Positions 46,225 through 53,831 of a DNA stretch of 64,000 nt are shown piece after piece. The translations under genes and the position numbers were made by a program. The notes beneath the pieces are model-generated. The model saw only the letters and a program-made list of their open reading frames with translations, was not told the DNA's origin and ran no database searches. Source of the stretch: an uncultured Bacteroidales bacterium (GTDB lineage: Bacteria; Bacteroidota; Bacteroidia; Bacteroidales; CAYVNP01); NCBI GenBank assembly GCA_964452905.1, contig CAYVNP010000001.1, forward strand, positions 93,066-157,065, given 5' to 3'. Every line of letters begins with the position of its first letter. Position 1 is the first letter of the stretch.

Positions 46225-46275
46225 TCTAAATTATAAAATTGCCAATGGCATATTTTATAATAAGAATTGGTATAA
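46155..46275 (-). repeat. Right copy of the 121-bp inverted repeat (partner 34916-35036)
   Basis: See the left copy. Position p on the left maps to 81191-p on the right. Confidence 0.85.
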
Positions 46276-46602
46276 CAATTATTTGAGTATCCATAAAAAG
46301 TTTAATTTTTTATATTCTTATGTGTAATTATTTCTTTCAATCTCAATATTTACAAGCTACATGCTAAACATCAATAACACTGTCACTCCTACGGAGTTTA
46401 AAATTCGGGGCTTTATTTATTCTACCAAAATATTACCCCGATGGGATTTAATTTTAGCTCCATAGGAACGAGGTGAGCAGGAGTCATATATTATTAATGA
46501 TGTATATGTCGAACTCATGTTAAAATAATAATATTTTTATGGTTATTAGAAAGTGTAATTTAATAAAATTCTTATTTTTGAAAAAACAAAATAAACTGCA
46601 CC

Positions 46603-47313
46603 ATGTTAACAGCACTTCTTATAATCGGTATAGTAGCGTTATTACTGCTCGAAACCTATTGGTACTCAACGCAAATAAATGTAGTGTTAGATGTTGCTCT
46701 CGATCACGATTATGGTTTTCATATTTTGGCAATGCAAATGCTTTTGCCTACAAAAAGCAATATTATACGCAACTCAAACACAGTAATGAAAGATGTTTTT
46801 GTTGATATTCGGACTAAAAAAGCCTACAGGGTAGTTTTTGGAAAGCTTTTAAACAATTATTATGAGGATTCGGGATTTTCCGAAGGTTATACCACGGTAA
46901 GGCAAGGCTTAATTAATCACGATAAACGAAGGACTGCCTTATTCGAAAAACTGAAAATAAAAACCGGTTTAGATCACCGTTTTGATGATGTTAAAAGCCA
47001 TAATGGTGCAATAAGGTATTTTGAAGGAGCTTTCGACCCAAACAATCCCCACATGAATAAACCATCAACTGTTATTGTTAATTCATTTAGTTACTCCTAT
47101 TATACAGTTACTTGTATTGACGATAAATCGCAAATTGCATGGTCGCGTAAAATGAATAACCGGTATGAACAGGGCTTATGCAGGAGTTTTATCTTTAACG
47201 ATCAGGTATTTGTAATTTCGATGAAGTTAGTGATGGATTTAACCTTCAGAAACTTTAAAATACATTGCTTTGACATTAAAACAGGTAAAACTATCTGGAC
47301 AAAGGCAATTTAA
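46603..47313 (+). CDS. Hypothetical membrane-anchored protein
   Basis: 236 aa with an N-terminal TM helix. Its C-terminal 16 aa (HCFDIKTGKTIWTKAI) resemble the C-terminus of the 361-aa protein at 50341-51426. Confidence 0.55.
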   Translation: MLTALLIIGIVALLLLETYWYSTQINVVLDVALDHDYGFHILAMQMLLPTKSNIIRNSNTVMKDVFVDIRTKKAYRVVFGKLLNNYYEDSGFSEGYTTVRQGLINHDKRRTALFEKLKIKTGLDHRFDDVKSHNGAIRYFEGAFDPNNPHMNKPSTVIVNSFSYSYYTVTCIDDKSQIAWSRKMNNRYEQGLCRSFIFNDQVFVISMKLVMDLTFRNFKIHCFDIKTGKTIWTKAI

Positions 47314-47454
47314 TAGGGATTTTTTACTCCAGCTCATTCGGATTTATTATCATGATTTATAATGCAAGTGTGAAAGCAAACTAACCATGGTGTTTTATTA
47401 ACAAGAAGTATGAAATAAATATGAATAAATAATTATTATTAAAATTTATTTTTT

Positions 47455-47462
47455 TATATTTG
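47455..47462 (+). promoter_or_regulatory. Candidate -7 promoter box (TATATTTG) for the LRR gene
   Basis: It matches TAnnTTTG and lies 88 nt upstream of ATG 47551. Confidence 0.4.
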
Positions 47463-47475
47463 TTAAAATAAAAAG

Positions 47476-47491
47476 TAGTTTCCGGAAACTA
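47476..47491. promoter_or_regulatory. Perfect 16-bp palindrome tagtttccggaaacta (candidate operator or 5' hairpin)
   Basis: It is exactly self-complementary and starts 14 nt after the promoter box. Confidence 0.4.
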
Positions 47492-47550
47492 TTAAAACCC
47501 GGGGCGTAACCGAAAAGCCGTAAGAGTAGGAAAAACTAAAATGAAAAAGT

Positions 47551-48804
47551 ATGAAAAAAATTTACCTTTTAATGATGGTATTGTCTTTTGCATTTATAAG
47601 TTCACTTAAAACACATGGTCAAAATATTAACATCCCGGATCCGATTTTCAAATCAATTCTGGTAAACAACCCATCCATTAATACAAATCAGGATGGGGAA
47701 ATTCAAGAATTCGAAGCTCAGGTATATACCGGCTCCATTTTTGTTGATGCTGCCGGTATAACCGACCTTACAGGCATCAACACTTTTGCGTCATTAACTG
47801 AGCTAAGCTGTTACGGTAATGAACTGACCAACCTTAATGTTCATTATTGCACAGCTATCACCACATTGAACTGCAGTGGAAACCATCTCACTTCATTGGC
47901 TCTTCCGGGCAGCACATCATTGGTCTCACTAAATTGTCATAGCAATCAGCTTACGGGTCTTGAACTCAATTCTTATGTCAACCTCCAAACCCTGAATTGT
48001 CGCAACAATTCACTTACAAATCTTTCACTTCCAATATCACTTGTTAATTTGATATGTGATTATAACCAGTTGACCTCACTTTCTTTTTATGGAAACATGA
48101 GTCTTAAAACACTTTCTTGCAACAACAACCAACTTACTAGTTTATTTTTAGGTAATACTCCTTTGAATAATCTGAACTGTTCAGTTAACCAATTAACATC
48201 TCTCGACCTTTCCGACCTTAATGGGTCATCTATTATTATTTCTTGTTCACAAAATCAACTTACAAGTCTATTGCTGGGTACAGCAAGTATAACTTCATTA
48301 ATTTGCAGTGTAAATAAATTGACAGACCTTGATATATCAGGCACCCCTGCCACAGCTCTTGATTGCAGCCAGAATCAGCTTCTATCTTTGAATGCTCAAA
48401 ACGGTATGAATTATAGCTTTGCTTCATTCTATTCAACCTCCAATCCAAACCTTCAGTGCATCCAAGTTGACGATCCTACATGGTCATCAACCTACTGGAC
48501 TCATATTGACAATGGAACATTTTTCAGTGATAATTGCCTTACCGGACTACAAGACAAACAAGCAAGTCGTGATGTTTCTGTTACAGTTTATCCGAACCCG
48601 GGACAGGGAATTTTTACTATTGCATCTGAGCACAATTTTTCGACTCTCAAATTATTCAACTCATTTGGACAGCTTGTCTTGAGCAACGAGACAATCCCGG
48701 AAATCACGACCATAGATTTAAGTCACCACAGTCAGGGTATATATAATTTGATTCTCAGTGACGAAAAAGGATTCACTTACTCAAGAAAAATTGTCATTGA
48801 ATAA
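47551..48804 (+). CDS. Leucine-rich repeat protein with T9SS type A C-terminal sorting domain
   Basis: 417 aa with a signal peptide and about 11 LRR units (LTSLxL...LxxLxCxxNQ). The C-terminus is VTVYPNPGQGIFTI...GIYNLILSDEKGFTYSRKIVIE. Confidence 0.88.
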   Translation: MKKIYLLMMVLSFAFISSLKTHGQNINIPDPIFKSILVNNPSINTNQDGEIQEFEAQVYTGSIFVDAAGITDLTGINTFASLTELSCYGNELTNLNVHYCTAITTLNCSGNHLTSLALPGSTSLVSLNCHSNQLTGLELNSYVNLQTLNCRNNSLTNLSLPISLVNLICDYNQLTSLSFYGNMSLKTLSCNNNQLTSLFLGNTPLNNLNCSVNQLTSLDLSDLNGSSIIISCSQNQLTSLLLGTASITSLICSVNKLTDLDISGTPATALDCSQNQLLSLNAQNGMNYSFASFYSTSNPNLQCIQVDDPTWSSTYWTHIDNGTFFSDNCLTGLQDKQASRDVSVTVYPNPGQGIFTIASEHNFSTLKLFNSFGQLVLSNETIPEITTIDLSHHSQGIYNLILSDEKGFTYSRKIVIE

Positions 48805-48950
48805 AACTTAATGTGGATTTTTAGCATTTCCAGAACATTATTTATACAGAAATGCCAATGAATTTAGTGAAATTAAAATTTTGCAAATTTCAAAATAAAT
48901 TATCTGATAATTTTTAGAACGAACGTAACGCTTGCTCCTGCTGGGAGTTA

Positions 48951-49139
48951 CTATTTTACAATCTTATAATTATAAATATAATTATCAAGATGAATATCAA
49001 TCAGGTAAATTCCGGAGGGTATGTGAGGGATTGAAATCTCATCAGATGAATAATCCAGTTTGTCAGTCATTATAATTCTACCGGATAAATCTTTCAGTGT
49101 AATTTTTCCACCAAATGAACTAAAAATTAATTTACACTC
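48951..49139 (-). pseudogene. Orphan, decayed T9SS type A C-terminal domain fragment
   Basis: My translation is ...KLIFSSFGGKITLKDLSGRIIMTDKLDYSSDEISIPHIPSGIYLIDIHLDNYIYNYKIVK*. It has no start codon and a TGA lies just upstream. The preceding CTD part (FHTIIIANPLERF...) is in another frame up to about 49200. Confidence 0.55.
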
Positions 49140-49377
49140 TCACGCAACAAATAAACCGCTCTAAAGGATTTGCAATTATGATTGTGTGAAACATGCCAAA
49201 CTTCAATAATGTTGTTTCTTCTATTTTGTTAGAAAATCGGAATTATTTTTTTATTCAAATAAAATTCATTCCTAAAAGAATCTATTTTTTTAACTCCATT
49301 TGAGCGAAGTATTGGCAAAAAATATCACCTCTTTCAATAAAACTGAATATGCATTAATGTAAAATTATCGGGCGTGA

Positions 49378-50256
49378 TCAGGATATTCGAAAATATGCTA
49401 TGCCAACTATGATACTCCACAAAACAATTCCGGCAATATAAGAAATAACAACCCACAATAATCTTTTGTGAGCAGTATCTGTTAAGTTATTATCTAATGG
49501 AATCAATAAATTCATTTCCTGATTCTTGTTATTGACATAAGATTGTATAGCTGAAATGAAATTGTCACGAAACCCAGAACTTTGTGGTGAATAATAAACA
49601 GATTTACTCGAATAATCTTTTTCTAAAAATTCTTTTAAACAATTCGCTTTATATACTTCAAAATCCGATTGTAAACCCTGAGGACGGGAATAACGGCTTT
49701 CAGACCTGCTAAAATATGTTCCTGTCCATAATTTTACATTAGAAATATTGACTGTATCTTTCGGGGTATTTATAAGTGGGCAAATAAAATATATTTGGGT
49801 TCGATGATATTCATCCGACTTTCCAGCTGAGTTTCCTGTAACATAAGTAAATACGTTCTGTTTATCAGCATAACATTCCTTAAATTGATAATATGTTCCG
49901 CGTTTTATTGAAGTAATTTCTGAAGGAAATAGTAATCCCTGTTTTTGGGGTAAAAAAAACTGCATATATTGCGATGAACAAAACATTGGGATAAACATAC
50001 CAAGTGCAGCTAAAAAAAGTAAGAAATTATATAGTCTTGGTGTGTTAAATTCAAATGCTGCAAGACCCGAAATTTTTGGAGATATAAACATTAAGGTTAT
50101 AAGCAATGCCAATATTGCAGGCGTAATAAATTCGGTATATATTCTCTTAATTGAATATAAACTATAATGGTAATAAACCCAATATAGTATTGAGAAAAGA
50201 ATAAGAATACTCAATGAAAAAATTGCATAATGGCATATCAATGATAAAATTTTCAT
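49378..50256 (-). CDS. Hypothetical polytopic membrane protein
   Basis: 292 aa with three N-terminal TM helices, a ~150-aa loop domain and a C-terminal TM helix. I recognise no motif. Confidence 0.6.
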   Translation of the reverse strand: MKILSLICHYAIFSLSILILFSILYWVYYHYSLYSIKRIYTEFITPAILALLITLMFISPKISGLAAFEFNTPRLYNFLLFLAALGMFIPMFCSSQYMQFFLPQKQGLLFPSEITSIKRGTYYQFKECYADKQNVFTYVTGNSAGKSDEYHRTQIYFICPLINTPKDTVNISNVKLWTGTYFSRSESRYSRPQGLQSDFEVYKANCLKEFLEKDYSSKSVYYSPQSSGFRDNFISAIQSYVNNKNQEMNLLIPLDNNLTDTAHKRLLWVVISYIAGIVLWSIIVGIAYFRIS

Positions 50257-50340
50257 AGTGCTTCAAATGTTTATTTGTAATTCATTATAAGTAATTTTCT
50301 ATAAAATGGTGTGATATAAATTCAACGATCATTTTTTCAC

Positions 50341-51426
50341 CTAAAATCTTTGTTTCCATTTAATTTTACCACTTGCAGTTTCAATACAATAAACAAATCC
50401 ACCGATACCAATATAGATATTGTTATTATTTAGCACAGCATCCGTTACCAGCGGTTTTTTATCAGAAAAGAAATCGTCAGGGGCTAATGTTTCATGGTTG
50501 ATTTTCCATTGTGTTATTAAATTCATATTAAGTGCGGTAAAAATATATTTTTCTTTATCTGTATTTTCATAACTTAATATCAGAATTAAGTTGTTATCAG
50601 GGGAAAAACCTATGCAGCTCCCTTCAATAAAAGATTCATCCGAATATACTTTTTTCTCAACCGCATCATCAATCCGGAATAAATGAGTTCGTTTTTCGCC
50701 ATATATTAATGATTTGAATTTAAAAATTTCCTTCTCACTGCCATTTTCTATATAAATTATTTTATCATAATAGCACGAGTATTTTTTATATAAATAATGT
50801 GAGGGATCAGGTTCAGCAACTATTTTATCGCTAAAAGGTTCATAATAATAAATAAGTCCGTCTTTTGACTTAATAATAATAAAATCTTTGATATAACTGA
50901 TATTATCAATACCTGCAGAGCATTGAATAAAATTTTTAATAAAATATTCTTTGTCTATTTTCCTGACAATCTCAGTTTTATCAATATCAAACACATTATA
51001 GGTTTTACTGTTCGAAAGAAGCATAAGGTTGTCTTTGTCTTTGCGCCATTCCATACCTATACCCAAATACCCCCGGTATAAACGCTTGCCATTTTCCATA
51101 TCCACTATGTATAGCCGGTTCAAATCTAACATTCCCAAAGTGGAATAACGTGCCGTGGATCTTTTCCTATTATCAAAAAAAATTAATTTGTTTTTACATA
51201 CTGACAAATGAGTGATGTGATGAACATAACCATTTTCTTTTGACCAGTATAATGAAGATGTGAAAAATAGGATCGCCGAAAGTACGATCACAATACCAAT
51301 GCCTATTATTCCTTTTTTCAACAATTTGTATTTGAAAATGATCAGAACAATAGCTGTTGTTAATACTAATAAAGTAATAATAAAAATAAGTTTGGATGTT
51401 GCCAGGATGTTGAAAATTGCTTCCAT
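50341..51426 (-). CDS. Hypothetical membrane-anchored protein with beta-propeller-like repeats
   Basis: 361 aa with two N-terminal TM helices and a beta-rich domain. It contains D-x-x-x-G-K-x-x-W/Y blade-like motifs, and its C-terminus is YCIETASGKIKWKQRF. Confidence 0.6.
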   Translation of the reverse strand: MEAIFNILATSKLIFIITLLVLTTAIVLIIFKYKLLKKGIIGIGIVIVLSAILFFTSSLYWSKENGYVHHITHLSVCKNKLIFFDNRKRSTARYSTLGMLDLNRLYIVDMENGKRLYRGYLGIGMEWRKDKDNLMLLSNSKTYNVFDIDKTEIVRKIDKEYFIKNFIQCSAGIDNISYIKDFIIIKSKDGLIYYYEPFSDKIVAEPDPSHYLYKKYSCYYDKIIYIENGSEKEIFKFKSLIYGEKRTHLFRIDDAVEKKVYSDESFIEGSCIGFSPDNNLILILSYENTDKEKYIFTALNMNLITQWKINHETLAPDDFFSDKKPLVTDAVLNNNNIYIGIGGFVYCIETASGKIKWKQRF

Positions 51427-51825
51427 GTTTTTATGATGAAATTATTTAATAACGTATTACAGATTCACGATTATGAAATTTTTTATTAAAATTCTGTTCT
51501 GCAGGTATTAATGTCATCTTGTCCTAAATTTATTGGGTTGGAGTTGGTAACTTCATTAATATTCGACACTTAATCGGTGATTTAATTGTTCATCTCTTAC
51601 ATACTCACCTGAAAGGCTCATGTCCTCCCTTCCTCCCTGTCCAATCAATACCACCCGCATTGCCGAAAAACACCGCAGGTTGGTTTTAGACCCACTCCTG
51701 ATTGTTGTTCTGATAGTCCCTGTTTTTTCGTCTTCTTTCTATTTTTGTACTATCATCCTGGCAATAGTTACGAACTTTCAGCATTTGGGTTGTGTTACAC
51801 AATTGTTGCTCTCTCGTGGCACACA

Positions 51826-52581
51826 TTAATCTTTTACACAACGCACCGAAAACCCATTTGGCTTATTGTAACTGAGTCTGCTAACATTGTTGTAATCGAA
51901 GTCCATGACCCGGATTAATGCATTGTTGGTATCGTACTCTGTAGAACTCCACCAGTAACCGGAGTCGCCAATGGAATAGAATGCCCCGTTGGGATCACGG
52001 AGGGCACCCGGAAGGGCTGTAAAGCCGGTAGAGTTTCGTTTAGCAGGGTAATCAGTATTGCCAACAGCACCTACTTCTATAGATAAATTCCAATTGGTAG
52101 TAGCAGCAAGTGATTTTGCAAAGAGATTACCCGTGGTTGTGCCATCATAATTATATCCATTGGCAATCAGATAGTTTTGCAGTGTTGTCCACTCGATATC
52201 CGAAGGTACATGCCAACCGGCAGGGGCAAGTTTCCCTGTGTTTACTGCATACCAATTATATAAAGCTCCGTAAGTAGCTCCGTAAGTGGCTTTATCATTA
52301 TTATACCAGCAATAACCCGGAGTTAATAAACTACTCCACGCTGTTACATCTGTTACAAGGGGTATAGCGGTGCCATCGTTGTAACGGGTAACTTTTAAAT
52401 TTTCCTTCATCCATGTTTGTGTGCCAATTTTTATTGTATTATAAACATTGCCATCTATATCAGTTACTGTACTTGTTTGTGCAGTGTCTTTCTTTCCATC
52501 TTTCTTGCAACTTATTGCAAGCATTAAAACGAATCCCATTATTATTAAAGGATACAACCAAATTTGTTTTTCCTGTTTCAT
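51826..52581 (-). CDS. FISUMP (Fibrobacter succinogenes major paralogous) domain lipoprotein
   Basis: Lipobox AISC. DIDGNVYNTIKIGTQTWMKENL...GALYNWYAV...GWHVPSDIEWTTL...GYWWSST. Confidence 0.88.
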   Translation of the reverse strand: MKQEKQIWLYPLIIMGFVLMLAISCKKDGKKDTAQTSTVTDIDGNVYNTIKIGTQTWMKENLKVTRYNDGTAIPLVTDVTAWSSLLTPGYCWYNNDKATYGATYGALYNWYAVNTGKLAPAGWHVPSDIEWTTLQNYLIANGYNYDGTTTGNLFAKSLAATTNWNLSIEVGAVGNTDYPAKRNSTGFTALPGALRDPNGAFYSIGDSGYWWSSTEYDTNNALIRVMDFDYNNVSRLSYNKPNGFSVRCVKD

Positions 52582-52857
52582 GGTAATTTTATTTTTACTG
52601 TTTTTTAAATAATATTAAATCCAAATATAATAATTTTTTATAAATTTTATAATTAGCAGTTAAAAAATGCACACCAAAATATATCATAATTTATTTTTAT
52701 TGTTATCTTTGTTGAAAGGAAGATGAATACAAAATCAGAATCTGAAAAACGGACTAACCCTATTGGAAAAACATGTTCAACAATTAGAGGGTTAAGTCAA
52801 AATTAATAACGTAAATAATCTTCATTTGTTTCTATCAATTACTAAAACTCAATTTAT

Positions 52858-53676
52858 ATGAAGAAAAAAATGATTCCTTTTTATGTAATAGCAGTAGTCT
52901 TTTTATCTAGCTGTTATCGCGTAACACCAAATGCCGGTGAAGAAAGTGTATTAATTTATCAACCCTATATTTTTGGACATGGTGGTGTTGATGAAACACC
53001 CATATCTACAGGTGCAACATGGTGTGTTTTTACAACAAGTCACCGCGAATTTCCAATAACTCCTATTACTATTACAGAAGATTTTGCTAATATGATTCCT
53101 TCAGATAATACACCCGTTTCATTTAATGTTTACCTTAAGGTACAAATTCAAAAAGGGAACACACCACAATTATATAAGCTATTCGGTGCTGAATGGTATG
53201 AACATAGTTTAAAAGCTACTTTTAGAACTATGGTTAGAGACAAAGCCAGTGCATTTAAGATGTTTGATCTTGCTTCAAAAAGAGAGATTTCTGCACAATT
53301 AGAAAAAGAAATTTATAAAGATATTTCGATATATGCAAAAAGTATTAAAATTCCTGTTAATATCATGCAAGTATCAATTGGAGCAATAACACCACCTGAA
53401 CAAGTATTAACCGAAACAAAAAATACTGCTGCACAAAATCAAAGTATTTTAACTCAACAAGCTAGAGCAAATGCTGAATTGTCTAGGAAACAAGCTGAAA
53501 TAAATAAAGCAATTGCTGACAACGCATATCAAAAAGAAATGAAAATGAGTGTTGAGCAATATTTGCATTTGAGACAATTAGAAATCGAAAAAGAAAAGGT
53601 TGAATTGCTTAAAGATAATAAAAATGCAACTATAATATTTGGACAAAATTTACCAATAACATATCCAGCAAAATAA
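52858..53676 (+). CDS. SPFH/Band-7 (prohibitin-like) domain lipoprotein
   Basis: Lipobox LSSC, an SPFH core, and a C-terminal coiled coil (QARANAELSRKQAEINKAIADNAYQKE). Confidence 0.8.
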   Translation: MKKKMIPFYVIAVVFLSSCYRVTPNAGEESVLIYQPYIFGHGGVDETPISTGATWCVFTTSHREFPITPITITEDFANMIPSDNTPVSFNVYLKVQIQKGNTPQLYKLFGAEWYEHSLKATFRTMVRDKASAFKMFDLASKREISAQLEKEIYKDISIYAKSIKIPVNIMQVSIGAITPPEQVLTETKNTAAQNQSILTQQARANAELSRKQAEINKAIADNAYQKEMKMSVEQYLHLRQLEIEKEKVELLKDNKNATIIFGQNLPITYPAK

Positions 53677-53831
53677 AAAAAATTGCAACTTCTTGGTAAA
53701 TCGAGTAAGCAGTCCCGTCTGATAGTACTGATGGAGAGAATACTTCAACAGCTCCCTGCTCACTTAGATTTGTTAGGAACTCCTGAGATTATCTTATAAT
53801 TTATAGTTTTAAAATGCCAGCTGCTTTAATT

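Noticed and set aside
46471-46485. Motif aggtgagcaggagtc, whose reverse complement resembles gctccctgctcactt at 53751-53765 (and weakly 48931-48946)
   Set aside because: The similarity is only ~12 nt with an indel. That is insufficient to call a repeat family without a genome-wide count.
47326-47342. actccagctcattcgga as a possible attR copy of the tRNA-Leu 3' end (actccggcttcgggta)
   Set aside because: The match is only approximate and needs a 2-nt indel. It is too weak to define an element boundary without a proper alignment or comparative data.
47640-48400. Regular ~66-69-nt DNA periodicity that could be mistaken for a repeat array or CRISPR
   Set aside because: It is the coding periodicity of the leucine-rich repeats inside one continuous ORF. 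It has no spacer/repeat structure, and no cas genes are present in the window.
51620-51829. 69-aa plus-strand ORF MSSLPPCPINTTRIAEKHRR...
   Set aside because: It has no promoter box or start context, an odd composition, and overlaps the end of the FISUMP gene on the opposite strand. I treat it as noise within the anomalous spacer.
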